Assembly: GCF_006345805.1 (NCBI RefSeq)
Contig: NC_043010.1
Coordinates: forward strand, 5,084,001-5,148,000
DNA from: Octopus sinensis
Lineage: Eukaryota
Direction of reading: 5' to 3'
Length of the DNA stretch: 64,000 nt
Shown: piece after piece, positions 54,275 to 64,000 of the stretch
How positions within the stretch are numbered: position 1 is the first letter of the stretch
How the letters are laid out: every line of letters starts with the position of its first letter
Translations under genes and position numbers: made by a program
Notes under the pieces: generated by a model
Databases searched by the model: none
What the model was told of the DNA's origin: nothing
What the model saw: the letters and a program-made list of their open reading frames with translations, nothing else

Positions 54275-54480
54275 AGATGAATTAGATGCAGTGTGCAAGA
54301 GAGAAGACTGTGCTGGTTTAGTCATGTGATGCGGATGGATGCTGACAGCTCCATAAAGATTTGCTGATCTCTCTAAGTGGATGGAATACATGGAAGAGGG
54401 AGACCCAGGATGACATGAGAAAAACATCTAAAAGAGAGCCTCAGAAGTGTTAAGGCTGCTCCACCAGGTGAATAGGACTG
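54275..54480 (+). mobile_element. RTE LINE 3' ORF remnant
   Basis: IRCSVQERRLCWFSHVMRMD...VDGIHGRGRPRMT*. Confidence 0.8.
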
Positions 54481-54485
54481 GCATA

Positions 54486-54885
54486 CTCTTTACTCTTTTA
54501 CTTGTTTCAGTCATTTGACTGCGGCCATGCTGGAGCACCGCCTTTAGTCGAGCAAATCGACCCCGGGACTTATTCTTTGTAAGCCCAGTACTTATTCTAT
54601 CGGTCTCCTTTGCCGAACCGCTAAGTGACGGGGGACGTAAACACACCAGCATCGGTTGTCAAGCAATGCTAGGGAGACAAACACAGACACACAAACACAC
54701 ATACATATATATATATACATATATACGACAGGCTTCTTTCAGTTTCCGTCTACCAAATCCACTCACAAGGCATTGGTCAGCCCGGGACTATAGCAGAAGG
54801 CACTTGTCCAAGATGCCATGCAGTGGGACTGAACCCGGAACCATGTGGTTGGTTAGCAAGCTACTTACCACACAGCCACTCCTGT
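54486..54885 (-). mobile_element. tRNA-derived SINE (family A)
   Basis: Full-length reverse-complement copy. Confidence 0.9.
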
Positions 54886-55142
54886 GAATGCAGGAGTCTT
54901 GTCACAAAAAAACCACCTGTACTCCTCTCACATAAGAGTGATGGTGTGGTGCCACTTTAAAAGCATCCGGCACACACTGAGCAGAAGGGCATCCAGCTCT
55001 AGAAAGGGCATCAAGCCATAGAAACCAAACCAAATCAGAATAGAACCTGGTGCGGCTCTTCAGCTTGCCAACTCTGGTCAAACCGTCCAACCCATGACAG
55101 CATGGAAAGCAGATGTGAAAGAATGATGAAGATGTCCCATTT

Positions 55143-55182
<40 letters not shown>

Positions 55183-55754
55183 TATATTTGTATGTGTGTG
55201 TGTATGTGTGTGTATATATATATATACACACACACACATGCATGCACACACACACGCACATATATATAAATTATAGATGTCTTTCAATCTGCCCAGCTAT
55301 ATAGACATATATTAGACAGACATACTGAGAAAGAGAGAGAGTGGGGTGAGGGAAAGTGAGCAGTATTAAACAGATGTAAAATGAATCTCATAGTAAATTT
55401 CATAAGTAATATTGAATATTGTCAGGAAAATCCAATGCCTTAAGCTAGGCAAAATGAGTCACAGAATCAAGCTGTCTATTCAAAATCACCAATAATACAT
55501 CTGCAGTTAATATGAGCTCTTGAGTGTGGGATTGGCCTTTAGACAAGGTGACCAGCAGGATTCTGATGTTTCTTAGGTTGGTGCATCTGCATTGGCCTCA
55601 GTTAATGACAGAAATAAACTAAAGCAAACAGGTCTACAAACAAACAAAACAAATATAAAAAAATAGGTGCGATGAGAATTACATTTTTTTTAAGCGTAAA
55701 ATTATTATCTGTCTTATATATATATAATATATATACATACATATATATATATAT

Positions 55755-55793
<39 letters not shown>

Positions 55794-55964
55794 GTGTACA
55801 TTATGTGGTCAGTTGAGCTGAAAATATGCACACCTATGTTAGAAGGCCTCCGTGCTGGTGGCACGTGAAAGACACCATCCAAGCATGACCGCTATCAGCA
55901 TCGCCTTACTGACACCTGTGCCGGTGACATGTGTAAAAGATTTGAGCAAGGTCATTGCCAGTTT

Positions 55965-56642
55965 GCATGGCAACTATTTTTTTCCTCAAATGAAAGGTGT
56001 GACCTCTAGGACAAAATTCCTCATCTTATAAACCGTGGCCCGAGTAGACCTGAACGAAATCGGGTTATATTAACCAAAATGTGAAAATGGGGCTGGAAGG
56101 GGATTAAAATTTACAGGAACGGGTGTTTAGGAATTTCCTTTTACATCAAGTTCAAAATTTTACGCCAGCTGTTAAACTTCCACTACGTTGCTGTCCGTCA
56201 TTAAGAAATGCCAGCCATGGTGACTCTACTATCCTCAGATTCTATCCCTTCAAACTTTGGTTTCCAATATCTTTTATTTTTATTCAGCTCACAAGTTCGT
56301 CCGTCCCTTTTAAATGTTAGTGTTTTGCTGTCTGCCTTGAAGCAGACCTTTCCATTGTCACTGCCTGATATTTATGATTGATCTTTCAAAACATTTTTCT
56401 TTCTCAACTTACTCAAGATCTTTTGTTGTTTATAAATGGGAGAGAGATAGATAGAGAAAGATAGAGAGTAAGAGAAAGCTAGGGAGAGTCCGAGAGAAAT
56501 GAAGAGTAAGAGAGTGGGGAAAGTGAGAGAGAAAGGAGAGAGAAACAAAGAGGGAGAATGTGGTGATAAAAATCAGAAAGGAAGCAACAGAAAGTAACAA
56601 CCACACTCTTACCCGTGCGTAGAGCGGGTCCCCTTAAGCTAG
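55965..56642 (+). mobile_element. Helitron-like element (second family), 3' end visible
   Basis: 3' hairpin acccg(tgcgtagag)cgggt followed by ccccttaagCTAG. The 5' boundary is uncertain. Confidence 0.55.
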
Positions 56643-56748
56643 AATTTTTATATAATTGAATATTAAGAATAGTATAAAGAATTGTTAAAATATCTTGTGT
56701 ATCATAGAACTATAACCAATTTATTGTGCATAAATTTTAAGAACAAAA

Positions 56749-57260
56749 TCTATATATATAAACTGTAGTTGTGTGAGTGTCTGTCCCCTTCGATTTAGAT
56801 TCCTAACTACTCCCACATTTTGCAGTGCAGTTTAACCAAATTCGGGTATCTTATAGTCGTGATTCATATCGAGCCTGTCTGAGTATTAGTGCACGTCTAC
56901 GATGAGTCTACGATTTTAAAAATAATTTAACATCATTTTTTATTCCATTTTAATGCATAATTTTTCGTGTGTCGATGGCGGCGGAGTTGGCGTCCATGGT
57001 CACACCTGCACCTGTTTGCTTCTCCCCCTTCTTCCCTCCCTCGTGAAGCTGTGGGGAAGGGAGTGTAACGAAATCAACGTCGTAAAGCGTTGTCAAGGAG
57101 ACCAGCGTTCTTTTAGAACAACGACTTCATGGCTTGAAGACACCAAAACAGAAATGGCTAAGAAAGCCCGAATTGGCATCTATAAGGGAAGTAACTCTCT
57201 AAAAATGCTTATATAGTTATTTCACTTACAAACCCGAGCAACGCCGGGCGATACTGCTAG
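56749..57260 (+). mobile_element. Non-autonomous Helitron, longer variant
   Basis: A|TC...CTAG|T, same termini as the other three copies, plus an extra GC-rich internal segment. Confidence 0.85.
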
Positions 57261-57425
57261 TCTTATATAAACCCCTGATTGTCATTTGAACCCTGGGTCA
57301 GAACCACTGATATAAAGTAACATAGCATCACTGGGGAAGACGCAGGCAATGATGCTCATGACCAAAATTATTGGAAACTTCTTGCAACCCAATGGACAGG
57401 CTGACATAGCTTTGGTTGGCTCAAG

Positions 57426-57811
57426 ATGGAGGCGCAATGGCCCAGTGGTTAGGGCAGCGAACTCACGGTCATAGGATCGCGGTTTCAATTCCCAGACCAG
57501 GCATTGTGAGTGTTTATTGAGCGAAAACACCTAAAGCTTCACGAGGCTCCGGCAGGGGATGGTGGTGATCCCTGCCGTACTCTTTTGCCACAACTTTCTC
57601 TCACTCTTACTTCCTGTTTCTGTTGTACCTGTATTTCAAGGGGCCGGCCTTGTCACTCTCTGTATCACGCTGAATATCCCCGAGAACTATGTTAAGGGTA
57701 CACGTGTCTGTGGAGTGCTCAGCCACTTACACGTTAATTTCACGAGCAGGCTGTTCCGTTGATTCAGATTAACCGGAATCCTCATCGTCGTAACCGATGG
57801 AGTGCTTCCCA
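57426..57811 (+). mobile_element. tRNA-derived SINE (family C, tail type 3)
   Basis: Intact A/B boxes (tggcccagtgg; ggtttcaattccc). 12-bp TSD GGTTGGCTCAAG (57414-57425, 57812-57823). Confidence 0.9.
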
Positions 57812-58244
57812 GGTTGGCTCAAGGCCATAGTAAAAGATACCTAGCCAAAATGTCACAACATAGGACTGAACTTGGAATCATGTGACTGGAAAGCAAACTG
57901 CTTACCACACAGCCACAACTGCACCTAGATACATATATCTCAAAAGAAGAGGCTGGAGAAAATTTCTTACTGTAGCTTTGTGAGTGTATTTGGTAGACAG
58001 AAACTTATAGAAGTCTGTTGTGTATGTATGTTGTTGTATCGCACTTTCAGATGACCTCTACTCAACTCTCGACGTCTAGACTTCTCCCTCTATATCTATG
58101 TATTGGGCTAGCCTACTTCATCATCTGGGGACGTCGACAGAACATATGTACACACACACACACACACATATACACGATGTGTGTGTGTGTATGTACTTAT
58201 ATGCATATATATAAATATATATATATATACATACATTTATATGC

Positions 58245-58277
<33 letters not shown>

Positions 58278-58307
58278 CATGCATACATACATACATACAT
58301 GCATGCA

Positions 58308-58340
<33 letters not shown>

Positions 58341-58580
58341 TCAATAAACAGTGGTATCGCTATAGAAACGATTTGTGGGTAATTGATCAAGTGAAATTGT
58401 CAAGTTTCCAGACTGAAGTTTTCTTGTTTGACATGACAATATTAACATCTTAAAAACTTAAATTGCCTCGAGTTCTGTTTAACTCTGTGTCTACTTGGTA
58501 ATATTTCTGCGTTTGATTTCTTCAGGTATTAAAAGCCACTAGTTTAGGAGTGAAATAAAATAATTAAAACAAATATATAT

Positions 58581-58996
58581 AGACGCAGGAGTGGCTGTGT
58601 GGTAAGTAGCTTGCTAACCAACCACACGGTTCCAGGTTCAGTCCCACTGTGTGGCATCTTGGGCAAGTGTCTTCTACTATAGCCCCGGGCTGACCAATGT
58701 CTTGTGAGTGGATTAGGTAGATGGAAACTGAAAGAAGCCTGTCGTATATATGTATATATATGTATGTGTGTGTATGTGTTTGTGTGTCTGTGTTTGTCCC
58801 CCTAGCATTGCTTGACAACCGATGCTGGTGTGTTTACGTCCCCGTCACTTAGCGGTTCGGCAAAAAAGAGACCGATAGAATAAGTACTGGGCTTACAAAG
58901 AATAAGTCCCGGGTCGATTTGCTCGACTAAAGGCGGTGCTCCAGCACGGCCGCAGTCAAATGACTGAAACAAGTAAAAGAGTAAAGAGTAAAGAGT
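58581..58996 (+). mobile_element. tRNA-derived SINE (family A)
   Basis: Full length. 15-bp TSD AAATAATTAAAACAA (58558-58572, 59002-59016). Confidence 0.92.
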
Positions 58997-59899
58997 ATAA
59001 CAAATAATTAAAACAAGTGCTATTAGAAATAGTTTGGCTGCATGGTAAGAAGTTTGCTTCCCAACCACACGGTTCTGGGATCAGATTCACTAGAGAGAAC
59101 CTTGGGCAACTGTCTTCTACTTTAGGCTCTGGCTGGACAAAGCCTTGTGAATGGATTTGGTAGAGGGAAACTGAAAGAAGTCCATCATGTGTGTGCATAT
59201 ATATATATACATATATATATACACACACACATACATGTGCACATATATATATATATATATATATATAATCATCATCATCATCATCATCGTTTAACATCCG
59301 TTTTCTGTGCTAGCACGGGTTGGACGGTTCGACCGGGGTTCTGGGAAGCCAGAAGGCTGCACCAGGTCAGTCTGATCTGGCAGTGTTTCTACAGCTGGAT
59401 GCCCTTCCTAATGCCAACCACTCCGTGAGTGTAGTGGGTGCTTTTTACGTGCCACCTGCACAGGTGCCAGGGGGGTCTGGCATCGGCCACAATCGGTTAG
59501 TGCTTTTAACGTGCCACCATATATATATATATGTGTATGTATATAAATATATGTTTATATATAGTAAAATAAAGATTCAGATAGAATCAGGTACTGAAAA
59601 GATCTGCACCAGGTAGGGTTGGATAAACCTGTGGTCCCAGCTTAAGTTTGGTAAGTATCAAATTGGACATTCCAGTTGTGTACACAGAGAAAACCTACCC
59701 TATGAGTATTTAGTGCCTAGGGGCTAGGCCAAAGCACACATCACATTAAATTGCCGGTATACTCTAGTGTGTCCAACAAGTTGTAAATTCCCTCAGTGTA
59801 TTATAATCAAATGAATAATAAAGGACAATGGATGATTGTCTAGTTATCCATTGTCTGTTATTATTCATCTGATAATGTTTATATATATATATATATATA

Positions 59900-60316
59900 G
59901 GCGCAGGAGTGGCTAAGTGGTAAGTAGCTTGTTTACCAACCACATGGTTCCGGGTTCAGTCCCACTGCATGGCATCTTGGGCAAGTGTCTTCTGCTATAG
60001 CCCTGGGCCGACCAATGCCTTGTGAGTGGATTTGGTAGATGGAAACTGAAAGAAGCCTGTCATATATATGTATATATATATATATATGCGTGTGTATATG
60101 TTTGTGTGTCTGTGTTTGTCCCTCTAGTATTGCTTGACAACTGATGCTGGTGTGTTGACGTCCCCGTCACTTAGCAGTTCGGCAAAAGAGACCGATAGAA
60201 TAAGTACTGGGCTTACAAAGAATAAGTCCCGGGGTCGATTTGCTCGACTAAAGGCGGTGCTCCAGCATGGCCGCAGTCAAATGACTGAAACAAGTAAAAG
60301 AGTAAAAGAGTAAGAG

Positions 60317-60317
<1 letters not shown>
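59900..60317 (+). mobile_element. tRNA-derived SINE (family A) in (TA)n
   Basis: Full-length copy. Confidence 0.9.
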
Positions 60318-60381
<64 letters not shown>

Positions 60382-60485
60382 TCACAATAAGGGTGAAAAA
60401 AATTGAATATTAATTAATAACTTCAATTTAAAACACCAAGTGGTCTAGCGTATAAAAAAAGACTGGGATACAGTAAAAATTATTA

Positions 60486-60590
60486 ATACAAATAACAAGA
60501 GAGAGTCCACCATGTGGTCCACCATTCCTTTGCGGATCTATTTCTAGCATTAGAGTGACCACATGGTGGACTCTCTCTTATTATTTGTAT
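60486..60590. repeat. Inverted repeat, 34-bp arms
   Basis: atacaaataacaagagagagtccaccatgtggtc / gaccacatggtggactctctcttattatttgtat (1 mismatch), abutting (TA)n. Confidence 0.8.
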
Positions 60591-60932
60591 ATATATATAT
60601 ATATATATATCCATGTATGTGTGTCATTTTGTATATGTTTGCCCCCTACCACCACTTAACAACTGGTATTAGTTTGTTTGCATCCCTATTTGTTTGTAAC
60701 CTATCAGTTTAGCAGTAAATGAGGAAAGATATGCACAGGCGTGACTGTGTGGTGAAGAAACTTGCTTCAAAACCATATGGTTTTGTATTCAGCCTCACTA
60801 CACATGTGCAGCACCTTGGGCAAGTGTCTTCCACTCTTCTACTATAAGTCCAGGCTAGTCATTGTATTGTGAGTGGATTTGGTTGATAGAAACTGTGATG
60901 ACGCCTGTTTCATACACACACACACACACATA

Positions 60933-62485
60933 CAAGATGGCCTGAAATTAAAGCAACCAAAGTTTTGAGTTTTAATAGCTATCAATAAATGTGATCATCA
61001 TCATCATCATCATCATCATCATCGTTTAACGTTCGTTCTCCATGCTAGCATGGGTTGGACAGCTCGACCGGGGATCTGGGAAGCCAGAAGGCTGCACCAG
61101 GCTCCAGTCTTATCTGGCAATGTTTCTACAGCTGGATGCCCTTCCTAACGCCAACCACTCCGTGAGTGTACTGGGTGCTTTTTACGTGCCACCCGCAGAG
61201 GTGCCAGGCGAGGTGATAAGATATGAAAATTATACATTATTGTAAAAGCTTAGTGTGTCTTCTTTTTGTGTCTTCTTTTTCTTTCAGACTAAACAAATTC
61301 AGATTTATAAATTAGATAATGGCTGTAGACTGAAATGCAGTCATAATCCTCCACAAAGAGGTGAAAGTAATACAGCTATAGTAAAAAGGCTTAAAATTAA
61401 CAGAACAGCAATCTGGAGAAGTGTCAATACATTTAAAGAGACTGATTTCATGGCTTATAGACCTGGACGTGACTGAAATAGAAGTGCTACACTTTGATCT
61501 TAGCCAAAAGGCCGAAGTGTGAAGACCCCTCAGCTTATCAAAAGTACAAGAAAAAAGATATGGCAAACTCCTCATTGTTCCATCAGAAGACTGGCTGCCA
61601 CAGCAAAAATAAGCCAGACATTGATGTGTCTATTGCTGAAGGAGGATCTCAGGATGCACCCCTACACGATTATTTGCTGTTATGAGCTCATGCAAGTTTA
61701 TAAAGCCATGAGATTGGAGAGAAGTCGTCTTATCTTGTGTTAGATTGCTGAAGGCACACTGCCCAACCTTGTGTCCACTGATAAACAGAAATCTGACATT
61801 AAACAAATAGTAAACCACCAGAGTGACCAACTTTGGAGTGTATCTGGCTCTGCTCTATCAAGGGTAGACTCATAAATCAACATCAAAATCCACAGTCAGT
61901 TATGGTTTGGGTGGCTGTGACAGCCACTGGAAGGTCTCCCCTTGTTTTTGTGTCCTCAAGTGTTAAAATTAACACCCAGTGATACATTAGTGACATTCTG
62001 GAAGCTGGACTGCTTCCATGGGTGAATGAGCACTTTCAAAATGCGCCTTGGGGCCTCCAACAGGAGTCGGTAACATCCCACAGCTCCAAACAGATACAAC
62101 ACAGGATTCAGAAAAACAGTCCATCGTTCATAGGCAAGTATGAATGGCACTCAAGAAGCCTCGATCTCAATCCATTGGATTTTCTGTTTGGCCTGTTTTG
62201 GAGACTATCTGCTCAAGCACTCCTTATATTTCACTAGATGCTCCGATGGCAAAACTGCACCAGGAATGGGCTTTGATTTCACAAGAACAGCTACATGTTG
62301 CATGCAAAGCATTCTCACCTACACTTAAGGGTGTGATTCGAAACAGAGGTGGTCATATCGAATAAATGTGATTGTGTCATAATTGTGCTTCCTTTACAAC
62401 ATTGCAGCATTTGGACCCAAAATATAACAACATTTTTTTGGGCAAAATTGGAAAAAGTTGATTGCCCTAATTTTGGAACACTCTG
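60933..62485 (+). mobile_element. Near full-length decayed Tc1/mariner (maT/DD37D-like) transposon, interrupted by a family D element (60995-61210)
   Basis: GESNTAIVKRLKINRTAIWRSVNTFKET..RPGR; PQSVMVWVAVTATGRSPLVFV; WGLQQES..H; EWHSRSLDLNPLDF; LKGVIRNRGGHIE*. Diverged TIRs with TA flanks. Confidence 0.85.
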
Positions 62486-62502
62486 TATAAATGTATATAT
62501 AT

Positions 62503-62549
<47 letters not shown>

Positions 62550-62592
62550 AAGAGAGAAAGAGATATATAGATATACAGGGTGCCCAAAATTA

Positions 62593-62623
<31 letters not shown>

Positions 62624-63269
62624 ATATATATATATATATATACTACATATGTGGGAAATTCTGTCTGTAGGTGTATTTATGAAGTTGTTAACTCCTCCTA
62701 CATCGTTTTATCGATTTTGATGAAGCTTGACACGCGAAACCTCATGGCATACTCAAATTGTTGAAAAAAAGATAATAGTGCCCCTGGAAGGGATTCTTAT
62801 AAATATATGATATATTTTATTTTAAAAACCAAGGGAAATAACCCATTTATTTTCCTAAATTATTTGGTAAAAATTAAATTGAGTATACTTATTTCTTAGT
62901 ATTTTAACTGTTAGAGTTATTTTCACAATTTATCCAGTACAGCCCTTAAACAAGTAAATAGTATTTTCCTAAACAACAGATCCACTTTTTTCAGTTAGTG
63001 ATTTATTCATAAATATACCAATACTAGCGCCCCTGAGGGTAATATTCCCTGGAACACACAAAAGCCTTTTTCAGAGTTATTTACTTTGCATTGCTATTAT
63101 CTCATATATGATTAATCTGTTATTATGTAGCATGCTTCACGATTTTAGTATACATACCTTATTAGTATTTCCTCCTATGTTCTCTATACCATTGGAATGC
63201 ATTAAAGCCCTTTTCAGGGCTACTTTATATGAATTCTTACTAGCACACGCCCAAGTATGCTCAACAACA

Positions 63270-63690
63270 CAGTATGCTCAACATCAGTAAGAAAATGTGG
63301 AAGACCTAACTGTGGTTTATACGTCAACCTAATTGAGGGATCGGAGTTCGCTTTCAAACAGGGTCAACATTTAACAATGGAAGACAACTTCACACGTACT
63401 TTGGAGAACCTAATATATATATTTACTTACTCTGGGTGTTGAGAGCAATATATAGGCTAAACCAAAACAGTCTACATCAAAGGATGGCTCTACATAGATC
63501 CTGGATCAAAATTTGGGAATGCAGAAAAATAGCATTCAGAAAACACATTGACATTTGCGTCACCAACAAACAACCCAGCTTCAGAATTCTTCCCCTCTAT
63601 AAATTCAAGAATGCAGCCTGTAGTCAACACATTAGCAAATAGTTATATTTTATCACAAAATATAAACCCCTTTTGAATGCATTCACCACA
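63270..63690 (+). mobile_element. Penelope-like element GIY-YIG endonuclease remnant
   Basis: KCGRPNCGL(Y) Cys linker; ENLIYIFTYSGC*EQYIG*TK (GIY...YIG); after a frameshift SLHQRMALH...KHIDIC...FRILPLYK; terminal FITKYKPLLN. Confidence 0.85.
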
Positions 63691-63873
63691 AATGACACTA
63701 TTACAAGGGCCTTAGAATAATACCCACACAAATATTAAAAACGATATATTCAGAACAGTCACTACCCACGAATTTATTCAGAACAATTCCAATCACTACT
63801 ATTACAACCACAACAGGTTTGGCCATTTGAGAGGATTCCACCAAAATCCTACTACTGTCATACCACTCCTGCA

Positions 63874-63911
63874 TTCTTCTTCTTCTTCTTCTTCTTCTTC
63901 TTCTTCTTCTT

Positions 63912-63968
<57 letters not shown>

Positions 63969-64000
63969 TTACTACTTCTTCTTCTTCTTCTACTTTCTCT
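63874..64000. repeat. (TTC)n/(TAC)n microsatellite
   Basis: Seen directly. Confidence 0.9.

Noticed and set aside
57426-57500. tRNA-like sequence
   Set aside because: SINE head with body, tail and TSD; no clean cloverleaf or terminator.

Overview
This is AT-rich, microsatellite-dense animal DNA. The SINE repertoire and gene content point to an octopus (coleoid cephalopod) genome, which is an inference. The only convincing intact gene is a minus-strand protocadherin. One large exon (30220..27772) encodes a signal peptide, six cadherin (EC) repeats, a TM helix and the start of the cytoplasmic tail, and ends at a GTAAGT donor. A plausible TATA/Inr/CCAAT core promoter and non-coding first exon lie about 12.5 kb upstream (43090..42750). 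The rest is transposon debris: several tRNA-derived SINE families, non-autonomous Helitrons, piggyBac, pogo, mariner and hAT MITEs, decayed Tc1/mariner transposases, RTE LINE fragments and a Penelope-like GIY-YIG endonuclease remnant. The most unusual signal is a set of short elements, mostly embedded in (TA)n tracts, that carry minimal hammerhead-ribozyme motifs and/or form long fold-back inverted repeats. The best example is 18203-18668, with 221-bp arms and an apparently intact hammerhead core. There is also an orphan ~600-bp coding-like insert that splits a SINE (5093-5697). Nearly all other ORFs in the track are microsatellite or SINE artefacts. Repeat boundaries were read by eye and are approximate.
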